A stretch of DNA of 64,000 nucleotides. It comes from Chrysomallon squamiferum. Its lineage: Eukaryota; Animalia; Mollusca. Below the pieces are notes generated by a model. It had not been told where the DNA came from, ran no database searches, and saw only the letters and a program-made list of their open reading frames with translations. This document shows, piece by piece, positions 1-36,900 of the stretch. The position numbers and the translations under genes were made by a program. The DNA is taken from positions 17,360,001-17,424,000 of the forward strand of contig CM022672.1 of the NCBI GenBank assembly GCA_012295275.1, written 5' to 3'. Within the stretch, counting starts at the first letter, position 1. Each line of letters begins with the position of its first letter.

Positions 1-1000
1 ATTATATGACTATTATAAAAATATATATATTTTACAAAGGTTTTGCTTTGAATGCCTATTCCAAGAAATAAATATTTTTTTAATTGTTTAATCTAAAATC
101 AGTTGTTTTGTTTTTCTTTTCAAATATGTAAAACTTACAATATTGAAATATTTTTTTTAGAGATATTAAGTGTCTAGTTAGACAAGGCATTTTAGAGAAG
201 GCATAATTTTTTGTTCAGAGAAACAGGATCCTTTATCTTGGATAGGATAATATGTCTTTAAGAAATTTGTATACAACACTGGTAACTGTGACCTTTCAGA
301 TCAGATGTGAGTTATAAACATTTTTGGGGATTACTCACTCCATAAACTTCCGTTTGGTTCCTCATTCATTCCAGTAACACGTTTAGTTTCAGAGATAGAG
401 ACAAAACATTTGATATTTCTGTCTGAAAATGAGACATCCAGCAAATAACAGTATTCACAAAAGTGCTCTAAAACACACCTTAACAGCTATCAATATTTGC
501 CAATGAATCAACGAGATACGGTGCATATATGTAGAAGTGTGTGTGTTTGTGTATATACACACATTTTAAAGAAAATATCAAGACTGAAGATGTTTATATC
601 ACTCCATTGCTGTTGGTTAATGTTCAATACTTGGCCATGTGACTCAAGACATGGTTCAATGTGGTGGGTCACAGTTATGATGATATCTCTCAGACAAAAA
701 GGACATCATTATAAACCCTATTTAAAGTAAGTTAAAACTGTTTATAGTCATTTGTAATACATAACATTTAGCAATAAAGAGTTTGGAGTTATCAGTCCAT
801 TAAAGAAAAATAAAAGAACATTGATTAAATATAGAAATCACAAAAAATGTATCATCAGAATATTGTAAAATAAATATTAATGCTGTTGGTTGGTGGATTT
901 GTATGATAAATACTCTTTACAAAATACCTTCAAAGACTGAGTGTACAAGCCATTCAATGACCGTTTGTCAAAAATATGTATTTTTTATTTATTTATTTTA

Positions 1001-1062
<62 letters not shown>

Positions 1063-1570
1063 ATTTTATTATTATTATTAATATTATTATTTTTTAACAT
1101 TTTGTCTTTGTTAATAAAAAATTATAAGAATAATCATTTTAAATAATCTGTAATCAAATGATCATCATCTTTATGTTTAGATTAATGTCCTGGCATTTGC
1201 TACAATTCAAAGTGCATATAAATGTCTATAATAAAAACCTTAAAGGATGGAGAGATAATAAACTAAAAGTAATGTATAATAACAATATACATTTAAATGA
1301 ATGTAATCCATTTTGTAACCAAACAGTTAACAATGTTTTTTTGGCAGGAATCATTTATCCTTTAATTTCCAGTGATCCATGTGAAGGGACTTAACTCTTA
1401 CATTGCATAAAATAAATATTTTCTTCGAAATTGTTATTTACTTGTGAATATAATTTTTTTAAAAACCAGAAAAAAAAAAAAAAGAATTCTGTGAGATTAT
1501 ATTTTTGATGAATAAAGATTAACTATTTCTTTATTGTCTGTAGATATTATTATTATTATTATTATTATTA

Positions 1571-1616
<46 letters not shown>

Positions 1617-1823
1617 ATTAAACAATTAAAATCAAAAACACAAATACAAATGGAAGAGAAAATTAATTTTATTTTTAAATTATTTAATATTTTTACATCA
1701 AACCATTTTACATACAGTTTGTATTACATACATAATTTTCTAGTACAGGATTTAGTTACGAACTTGAGAACATTAAGATGGAATTATAGAATGTTTTATA
1801 TATACATTATGCTTTTGTGTGTG

Positions 1824-1873
<50 letters not shown>

Positions 1874-2056
1874 CAAAACCAGCTACTTGCATTGCCCTCC
1901 AAAATTCTGAACTTTGATTTTTAAAAGCATTTTTTTATCCAAATTGATTTAAAATAAACTAGTTATGAACTAACAATGAACTGATGGTAGTCCACCCTCT
2001 CAGATCTTTGCCATAGGCAGCTGCCTTGTTGGCTTAATGTAATGGCAGTGCTAGCC

Positions 2057-2096
<40 letters not shown>

Positions 2097-2895
2097 GTGC
2101 GTGCGTGTGTGTGTGTGTGTGCATGGGTGGGTGTGCGTGTGGGTGTATGTATACATTTCCATGTAAATATGTGTATGTATAAATACATTAGAAAAAATAC
2201 AATTTAAAATTTTTTAAATCTTTTAAAAATAAAGTTAATGCTTTTTTTTTTCATGTTTCATATTATAAAACATTGGATGTATGTGTCTGTCTGTCTGTCT
2301 GTGTGTATGTTAAATACAAACAAAGCAAATAACGGAAGTATACGACAGAACAACATTCCTTCTGTGAACAGCTTGCATTGATTGAGCTTGTAAACAAACT
2401 GTCAGGTATTCAACATTAAAAAAAAATAAAAAGTATAAAAAATAACCCCAGAAATTCTTATACAAAATATTGAAATAAAATTAGAATAATAATAATAATA
2501 ATAATAAACCCAGAATAAGGATGGATTCTAACGTTTCATTGGTGTTTGTATAATGTTCAGGATGAAGTAATAGTTTTTTGATTTGTTAAGAACAAAAGGA
2601 ACAGTGATCTATTGCACTGACTGTATTTTTAAAATAAATTGTTAATTATTTGACATTAATCACATAAAATCCTAAATTGTAATACAGAATATTAAAATTA
2701 TTAAAACAAATTTTAAGATCACCTATCAAGAAATATGGGATGTCACTATTTGCACTCTGTAAATTCATATAATTTTTATGACTAATTATTATAATTTAAA
2801 TTTTTTATTTAAATTCAGTATTAGTGGCAGATTTATAATGATTCAAAGTAAATAGGAAAAAAGAATAGAAATTTATAAATTCATGAAATACACCG

Positions 2896-3110
2896 AAATA
2901 GATTTTTAGGCATATTAATGAAGTAACATTTATAAATTTGAAAGAAAATAATAATTTTTGATAAAGAAGAAAATCTATAGCTAATTCAAAATGATAAATT
3001 GCACAAATAAAAAGATTTTTAGGCATATTAATGAAGTAACATTTCAAAATTTGAAGGAAAATAAAAAAATTTAATAAACAAAAAAATCTATAATTCAAAA
3101 AGATAATTTA
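2896..3110. repeat. Diverged ~113-bp tandem duplication
   Basis: GATTTTTAGGCATATTAATGAAGTAACATTT at 2901 and 3014, with similarity continuing through AAAATCTATA..AATTCAAAA. Confidence 0.85.
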
Positions 3111-3904
3111 TAAAAAAAAAAAAAAAAAAAATTAATCTATAACTGTTTTAGAAAACGAATATAGCTGATTTAAAAAAATAATAATAATAAAAATAAAAAT
3201 TCTAATAACAAACAAAAAAGTATATACATCATGCAGTCAGTGTAAAAATTTTAAATCTTAATCACACAAAGATAACAGAAAAAATAAAATACCTACAAAC
3301 ATTCATTACACTTCTATTATCAGCAATATAACACACACAAAGCTAACACATATATTTGGCAGTTATATTCTAAACCATAAAACTAATCAGTTCAAATAAA
3401 ATATAAGATTAAAATAATTTTTTTAACCCGTACTGACTGGAGTTAAATGTAGAAACAAAAAATGAAAATAAATAAATAAAATGGATCTTTTCTTAATCTA
3501 TTTTAACTTTGAATAAAAACAAAAATAATTAAAATAATTAAATAAATAATTAAGCTTGAAATAAAGATCTGAAAATATTTCTGCAAATATGTATTACCCC
3601 AAAACTAACTTAAACAAAACAAAATATTTTGAAAATTTGTGTCTACAAAATGGAGCACCATAAAATTACTCATGTTCAAAGACTGACAAACTTCTTTATT
3701 ACACAATAAATAAACTTGCAGTTACTTTATTTTTTAGTAGCTGCATATTACAAATACAATAACATTTACACACTGCAAGACACATTTTATTTAAAACACA
3801 TATTAAATTACAATGACACAGGTTAATTAAATTCAAAGTATTAAACAGCATATCAGTATTTACATAACCAGTCACAGTATATATAATTTAATACAACATA
3901 TTAA

Positions 3905-3938
<34 letters not shown>

Positions 3939-5373
3939 AATAAATAAATATATAAATGAAAAGCCTCTGACCTACAAATGTAATTAAATTAATTATAAAG
4001 TAATAAATTATAAAGAAAAAAACAAACAACCACCCCCCCAAAAAACACATAACCAAACACCCGTATATACATTTAAGTAAGAGAAGAAAGGTTTATTAAT
4101 CCAAACTGAATGATTTATCTCAGTTTTAATGTACAAATAAAATTAAATGACACTGTATACTTCTTTTGTATGCTTTAAGTTTTTATAGAGATAATTATTT
4201 TAAAATATTTACATACATTTCTTCTTCAAATTCAGTATCATTTTATTCCCTATTTCAATTTGGATTTTTTTGAGTTTCTTAATTTTATTATTAATATTAG
4301 TATTAGTATTAAAATCATTATTATTATTATTATTTTCATCATCATCATCATCATCATCATTACCATAACTATCATTATCACCATCATCATTAATATATTA
4401 TTATTATTTTATTTTTATTATTATTATTATTGTTATTAAATGATAATACAACCAGGATCAGTTTCATTAATTCAGTTATTTATTTAGACATCCCAAATGG
4501 AACATAACTGAGATCAATATTGTTAGAGCTTTGGTTCAAAAGGTGATACCTCAGATAACCTTGTAATCAAATAGAGTTTACAAAATGTGATGGATCAGAT
4601 TCTCAAGACTGTCTGGTGCCAAGAAGATTGCTCATGATACACATAAAACAAATAAAGCAAGTCATTACTGGTGTCTGAAATGAGTCATTCTAGAAAAGAT
4701 CATGTTCTGTTGGTAATATTCGATATCATATTTGATTATTTGAAAGCATTCGGTATTTTGTAATCTTGTTATTCTCAGTGCTACCATTACACCATTTTCC
4801 TGTTCCTGACAAGGTCCCATTCTTGGATTATCAAAGACTTATGATCTGTAATTACTTGTCTTTGTAAAGGTGGAGATTATTATTTATCTGTGTAGGTATG
4901 AATACCATAGTCATGTCCTAGTTTCTCTAGATGTTCTGCTGGCTTAAATGGAGTGTTGTGTATTATATGAATATAATTTGCTCAATAACAAGTTATATCA
5001 GTGACAGATTTTCTGTTTCTATATAATGTTAATTTATTTGAAGGCTATTTTTATCTTCAGAAAAAAAAAAAAAATTCTGATTTTCTTTTCATAATAATGA
5101 CTGAAATTATTCCATTTGGAAAAAGAATAACACCCACACACACAAAAACCAATCATGTTTGTAAGTGGCCTTTTGTATAACACATTTCTTTCTCAGTAAG
5201 GTATGGTTCACACCTTTCATGTAAATTAATAATATTCTGAGCTCGAGTCATATGTACATATTATTAACATACTAGCCACGTGAATAGGCTTTTACTGTTT
5301 TAACATTGAGCTCAAATCGTATATACATAATTGGTCATATTGGTTACCAGAACGTGTATTAATGTGTTGTTTT

Positions 5374-29107
<23,734 letters not shown>

Positions 29108-29149
29108 TATTCCAGAAAGAAGAAGAAGAAGAACAAACAAACAACAGGA

Positions 29150-29300
29150 ACAACGTCGTCGAGTCTCGGAATTCACCACACACACTGACTGCTGTCCACC
29201 TCTCTGAGCGGACCAAACGATTCGGAAGGCACTTGACGCCACTGCGCCTGCGCAAATTAACTCGATTTCGTTTTTTCACAAGTGGCACAAGGAGAATAAA
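29150..29300 (-). promoter_or_regulatory. Putative SLC6-like promoter and 5' UTR
   Basis: CpG-richer patch just upstream of the ATG, with an NRF1/P3A2-type site TGCGCCTGCGCA (29243-29254) and an ETS core CGGAAG (29223-29228). Confidence 0.5.
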
Positions 29301-29474
29301 TTTTTCGAAGACTTTTGGTCAAATCTGTTTTCTAAGTCCCTGGAATGAAAAAAAAGCCCGTTATGTTGATGATTATCGGCACAATCCTGCTTCATGGAAC
29401 ACCAGAGATTTCGTGGCGTGTCAGATAGCTATAAAATGATATGCTAAACATGTTCGATCTTTTCATCGTTGTAG

Positions 29475-29522
<48 letters not shown>

Positions 29523-30202
29523 ACAAGAACAAAAATCGATAGGAAAAGAATTGTTTTCTCAATGAACACTTGTGCAATTTTTATCCATGTTTCGTGTCAG
29601 ACAAAAAGATCTTGGAACAAATTATTTTAGTATTTGAGAAATATATGACGTCTTTTGAATGACATTTAGAAAAGAGCTTACGCATTATGATTGATGGTTG
29701 AAATGTTTGGGTTTTTATAAACCAGGAAATGTATTATTATTATTATTATTTATTTTTTTTTTTTTTTTTCGTTTCTAATAATTATTTCTAATTAGAAAGC
29801 GATAAAATTGATTTATATAATTAGTATTATTACAAAAGGTAATGGCGCTAATTGTTAACAGAATTATTATTTAAAGTTAGGAAATAGTAATAATAAAATA
29901 ATAATATTGAAAGAATAACAAAAAAATATTATATTTATTATCTTGAATAGGAAATAACTGCCGATGTGAAGGAATAAAGTGAAAAGTTGAATTTGCATAA
30001 TAAAAAAGACGTCCGAGGATTTAAAATAATGGAATAGTTTCCAAGAAAGCTGCACAATAGCTTCGCAATTAAGGAAACAACAAAAGGAAATCAAGAGAGA
30101 AATAAATAAATACATAAAATAATAAGACAGGCCCCCCCCCCCTACAAAAAGCAATCAAACAACGTCACAAAAAATAAACAAACTAATTCCACAAAACAAA
30201 CA

Positions 30203-30252
<50 letters not shown>

Positions 30253-32169
30253 AAAGAAAGAAACGAAACGAAAAGTAAAACTAACAGCAGAAGAAGGAAT
30301 TAAAAAAAAAGAAAAAGAAAAAAAGATAACCCAACAAAAGAGAACAACACACACATACGCACGCACGCACGCACGCACGCACGAACACACACACACACAC
30401 ACCACCACCACCACCACCACCACCAAAACATCAAAACAAACATCAAAACAGGCCTATTATAAAACATTTTATTTTAAATACACATTTGTTTCCAGGTTTG
30501 TCAAAGGCCTATTTAATCATTACATGGAGTGAAAACAAATAATAAATAAAGCAAACGACATAGATAAGCGAAACTGATTGACTGAGTGATCGTTTTACCT
30601 TTGTCAGTACAAATCAAAGGATTGTTAGATGTGTAGGTAATTCTAGGTAGCATGGGTTAAAACAATCCGCGCATTCTGTGTCTGTTATCAAACAGATGTT
30701 TGTGATATGTTTACAGGACAGTGAAATTTAAATTTAAAGGACTGAATGGTTTGTGCTGATTAGTTTGTGCAGAGAGAACAGGTTAGAAACCAAACAGGTT
30801 TACCACTGATTCCTACTTGATCTTGAATTCTAAAACATGAAAGAGTCAAATAAAATATATTTTAAAAATTAATAAAGGATTACTAAGCGTTTGTTCTTTT
30901 TTTTTTTTTTTTTTTTTTTAATTTTTATCACTTTTTCTTTCTTTCTTTCTTTTTTTTTTTTTTATTGTTTGACTTTATTGATTAGGAAGGGAGGTTTTTA
31001 GTTATATTATTTATTTATTTTTATTGCACATATTAAATTCGTTTATTCATATCGATACCAGGTAATATATAACAATATTAAGAGGTTAAGTTAAACGTAA
31101 TAGATATAATTTATAGTTTAACACACACACACACACACACATATAGAGGTAGTATATACATGTATATATATGTGTGTATGTATGTATATATATATATATA
31201 TATATGTATGTATATGTATATGTATGTGTATATATGTGTGTGTATATATATATATACACACACAAACACACACATATATATACACATACATATACATATG
31301 TATATATATGGGTTTTTGTTGTTTTTTTAAAATTCCGAAGACATTCATTTGAAAGCCAAATCCTTCTAAAAAGGTTTGACATGTTGAAGTCCTGTCAGAG
31401 ACACAAGTGCAGTTTGTTAGCTTTGAACTTCAGTCTTATTCATGACAAACAAACAAAATAAATGAAACATCCACCATTCCCGGTAATCGATAGACCACTC
31501 AAAGAATCCTCTGTTGGGGGAACGGGCCTATCCAAGTCGGCGTAAAATGGGATTCCTCAACCGACAATGCCCCGAGGGTGCGGATGTTTCTGAAGAACTA
31601 AGTTAATATTGACAGACCGGGGGGCTGGGGAGTATCGAATCGAAACATCAGTAGCAGCTCTTTGTACGCGTTCGTTAGCTAAGGGCAGATAATTCTGAGT
31701 CAGAATTACTCGCTGATGTGAATATTAACTTGTTAATGCTTTGAAAGCTGATGTAATTGATAAAGCATACAACGGACTTTATTTTAATGATTTCAGTAGG
31801 TTAAAAATGCTTGTATTGTTTTTCCTTTGCCATTTTTCTTTTATTTTCATTGAACTTCTTTTACATCTTCCAAAACTGCTGTTTGTACAGATAACATTTA
31901 ATAGATAATAATAATTACAGATAAATTAAGAATATGACACCAAGTACTTACACTAAGTTGATTTTAAAATACAGTGAAATGCCATGTGTTCGCACTAATT
32001 TAAAAACCGCTATCTGGTTTCATAAATAATTTTAATTGTTATTTCAGTATAAAAATCGTCTAAATACTGGCGTAAAATAATTATAATACTTATCTAACAG
32101 CCAAAGTATGAAAATATTTTGAAACATCTGGTTTTTTATGTTTTATAACACTATAGAACAATAGAGAAA

Positions 32170-32206
<37 letters not shown>

Positions 32207-33567
32207 ATGATCTAGTGTGTTAGTGAACGTATCTTTGATTTTATTTTATTTTACTGGACTCATTGTCGCTTTGTACGATTTTCTTCGGAATAAAATAAAG
32301 AAAAATAACTGATATAAAAACAACAAACCAAGCATTTATACATTTAAAGAAATGAAAAAAGACACATTATTTTAATGAAACTCGAGTCGTTACTGTATTA
32401 CTACTGTTACTACTACATCTAGTTTTAATACTGCACTTTTATTGCCACTGCTGCCGTTACTGTTACTACTACTACTACTACAACAAGAGTTCAGTCAGAT
32501 ATTAAGTTACCTCGTATGCAGCTATATAACGTTAGAGAGGAGAAAGTTTTTTTTTTATTAAACGATATATTTTCTTCTGTATATTTCACTCCAGACTACG
32601 TCTGGCTTATCGGTAAGTCTGCTGATGACGTTTGCATTAATTTTATCACGTGCCATTCGTGTCAGCTTGAAACGAGCGCAAAACCCGCGTAATTATTAGA
32701 AACATTTTTCACATGCTAGTTAGGTTTTTTCACATCCGGCTTTGGTGACCTTTTGTTAAAAGGGACTAAGAAGGAAGTCAAGGAAATAAAATAAAATAAA
32801 TAAATAAATGTATTCGATTAACTGAATTCATTTTAAATCAAGGTTATATGGAGTCATACATAACGTTTATGAAATTACAGGTAACTGGCTACCGCCAAGA
32901 CAACAAATACTGTTTGAATTAATAGATAAGGACCATTTCGCATGCTCCCTAGCAGAGTCAGAAACACTCGTCAGAAATATATATTTCACGTTTTCCTTTA
33001 CTACAAGGAATGTGTCGAAAATGTTTCAGTTATTATAAACTATCATATGATTTTGGAACTCAATCTCATTATTAAATTCAGATTTTCTTGTTTTTCTTTT
33101 TTTTTTTTTTTTTTTTCTTACCCCACTCCTTTTTCCATTCTACAAAACTGAATAAGAATACATCTAATTTAATAACACTAAATCATATAAACAATAAAAC
33201 ATCTATTACTTCAACATTATTTATTATTATTATTACTACTAGATATAAATTGTTTATTAACATTACAACTTCAAGTAATTGTTTATGATGAAATTCTATT
33301 CAGTAATTTCAAATTTGATATATAATCCAAACAAAATCTTGGTATTTTATGTTGTTGTTTTTATTCAGTATTCATTTATTATTAGGTTAAGTGAATATTT
33401 TAATACACAGAATTATAAGGCTTTATGCCGGAACTAACGTAACAACGAAGGGAGGTAACTGTTGTTTTTTTTTTTTTTCCAGGAAATACTCCTCTGTAAA
33501 GAATATGTGTTATTTTGAAAGTAATTTACCAATAAACTGAAACGAAAGTTAAGAAGAAAACGTCGAA

Positions 33568-33843
33568 ATGGCTTCAAACGACAGTGGCAATTGTAGCGAT
33601 AATTGGTTAGATGAAACTAACACTGACAGCCGCAATAACTGTTGTGCATACGGCAAATCAGATACGAATGCAAACGACGAATGTAGGACGCACCGACAAA
33701 ACAACGAATTCTACTGTCTTCAATGTCGATGTCATCTTTGCAAGGAATGTGTGAACGACTCCGATCACCTAAGACCTCCATTTCATTACCATGACGACAA
33801 ACAGGCGATTCTTTCGACAAAGGAGGCCATTCAACAGTTGAAA
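33568..33843 (+). CDS. TRIM-like coding exon 1 with B-box zinc finger
   Basis: ATG in context GAAATGG; upstream acceptor poly-T-CCAG| at 33482; donor AAA|GTGAGT at 33844. Confidence 0.88.
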
Positions 33844-33931
33844 GTGAGTAGAATATACATAAATGTTATGATAGGTAAATAAATAAATATGGAAGAAATA
33901 ATAATAATAATAATAAGAATAAAAATAATAC

Positions 33932-33981
<50 letters not shown>

Positions 33982-36900
33982 GGTAATCATGCAGTTTTGG
34001 GCTAACGCTTGTTAGCAGTGGTTTTACTCAATTTTGATACAATTTTTTGTTTTACAGTTAGCGCCGATATAAAACAGTATAAACCTATTTTCACTTTTCA
34101 AACTTGTGAAATCAGGTTATTTTTTTCCAACATTGACACATTCAGCCAAAAAATGTTTTACAAATAAAGATCTAACCCAAATATAATACATTTTTAAATT
34201 AGTTTTAAATTTGTATTTTATTAATCGTTAAAAAAAACCAAAAAACAAAACAAAAACAAAACAAAACATATATAACAATATTTTAAAGTTTAATGATGAC
34301 TCAGGCTTTTTAGCTTTTTGCACCAGATTATTATTATTGTTATTGTTATTATTTATTTATTATTTGGTCACCATAGATTACTATTCATTATTTTTCTATT
34401 ATTGTAGAATGATTTGTTTGAAAAAATGGAAAACATGTCCACTTTCCTCAGTTCTGTGGACTACTATAATGATGATGTTGAAAATCAGAAACTCAGATTG
34501 GAGGTAAGCAAATGTTTATTTTTATTATAAAAATAATTGTTATGATTAAATTTTACATTTAAATTTAGTTTCAAAGATCTTATATTTAAGAAATAATTTT
34601 TAAAATGTTATTTCCATTTCATTCTGAAAAGAAAAAGAAAAAAGGAAAAGAGAAGAGTTTTTAAAATTTAAAAATAATTTTAAATTGTTTCTTTGTGTTT
34701 AAAATTTGATGAACAAGTGTTATTTGAATGTGCTATCAATAACATATTTTATAACTGGACAGAATAAACTGATATTAAAAAATAAAATATACAAATTATT
34801 TTTTTAAATAATTGTTCTTTTTATTATTATTATTATTATTGTTTTTAAAGTGATTTGAATAGGTTATGTTATAAATTATCATCTGAGATATTTTGTGAAC
34901 AAACCTAATTATTATTATTATTATTATTATTATTTTAAAAATCTACACATTTTACCTTATTCTCCATTCTCCACTAGTGAAATTTTGTCCACCTTTATTT
35001 TCAGTTCATTCATGGACAAACTGAAATAGGCCTCGTTTGTTTCGTTTCTTGTGTAACAATGATATTAAGAACACTTCATTATTTATTAACAGCTGGCTTG
35101 GCTTGCGCGGAAAGAGGACATAAGACTTGAGTTTGTTGCTCTTCATTCTTTGCTGATTGAGAGAGAAGAGGAACTGATCAGTCGAATAGAAGAGGTAGTT
35201 CACCGAAACAGTGAACGTGTTTGTTTTACATGAACATAAATCAGTGGTTATTGGTCATCTAACTTTTTAGTACCATAATGAGATGAATTCAGAATAGTGT
35301 TGTTGATTACTGTTTGTTCAGTGTTTTAGTACAGTGATGATAATAAACAACATTTTAATGTCAGCATTTATTAGATGATCAAGCTTCTGATTTCAGTAGA
35401 ATGAGTGAGAGAAAAAAGATTGAGTGTGGCTATACATCTGTCTACTTGTGTTGATCAGCAGTAAAGGTTTCCTTATATGCACCTTCCCTGAGACCAAAAA
35501 CTAGGAGCTCTAGTTGCATCATGAAATGGTCAAACAAGATGATCAGACCAAGGCAGTAACAAACAGAGAAAATTGTATGTTGACATTTAATAATTCTCAA
35601 AAGCAAAAGTATTAAATGGTTTTTGCTTTATAAATTTTAATTTTGCTATTCAGGATGTGCAGACAGTCTTGGCAGAGATGTCCTGTTTGAAGGAGGACAA
35701 GGAAAAACTGGAATATGAAGAAATTGAGATATCTGATGAATGTTTGAATCTTGTTCAAGACAAAGTACTGTCAGATGTCGATACATTCAGCAAGGTGAAT
35801 ACATTACTAGTTGAGAGTTGACACTAAATGAATATACAGTATACCCTCACCTGTTCGAGGTTCCCCATTCAAGAAAATATTCGTACTAGGCTCTTAATCC
35901 TATCGATCATATGCTGGTATACCAGTTAATGAAAAAACAAATGCTGTCAAATTTTTTCAATTATTATTGCAATACAGTACGTATTTTTTTTATAAATGCA
36001 TACACTGTACGTACAGTGCATATTTTTGGTGACCGTGTATTAATAATGTTTTTAATTGCATATTATTACTGAATTGTATTATTATTACCTGAACTGTGCG
36101 TACTGTATTTATCTGTCTGTTTGCCTTTAAATTTGTTCCACTTTCTGTCAATTCTAATACATATGTTGTAATGATAGAAAATGACTTTCACGGTACAGTA
36201 ATACTGTATGGGTAACTATGCTATCTACTGTCCTCCTGTACTTACGTTTCTTTCTGATTAAAATATTGTTTCAGTACAAAATTAAAATGTGTTTACATTA
36301 TCATTACTACATTAGTGAAATACATAACTGCATGCAATATTACTACATTATTACTGTATTAATGAATAACAGTGTCTTTAGAAAGTGTTTGGGAAGCATT
36401 TAGTACCGTTTATAATCTCATAATAGACGTTTAAAAACTGCATCCAGTATTCGCGGTTTTTCGCTATTCGCGGGGGGGTAAAGAACGTAACCCCCGCGAA
36501 TAGCGAGGGAATACTGTAGTACTTTAATCATTGATACTGATTTAGTTAATGAATGCTGTCTTTACAAACATTATGGGTATAATTTATTTGTAGGTAAACA
36601 TGTAAAAGTTTTCAGACATATAAATTAAAATTAAATGTACATTATTATCTGATTATTACCATTTAAGAACATTTAAAAGCCTTTTCTCTTTTTTTTTTTC
36701 AGGTTTCATTTTCAGTTTTGTTTTTTAGGGGAAATGCAAATTATATTTTGAACTAGATGTATAGAGGTTTAATTGATGATTTGATATATTTTTCAGAAAC
36801 AAGAAATACTTATTGAAAAGTAAGTTTCGTTTACTTTTCTACTCTGTTTTTAAATATAAGTTATTGCTTTAGTAATTAACCAGCTGAAATATTTAAAATT

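Noticed and set aside
1875-2056. Possible DNA-transposon end remnant (GCCATAGGCAGCTGCCTTG..) between (TG)n tracts
   Set aside because: No matching second terminus or TSD could be found.
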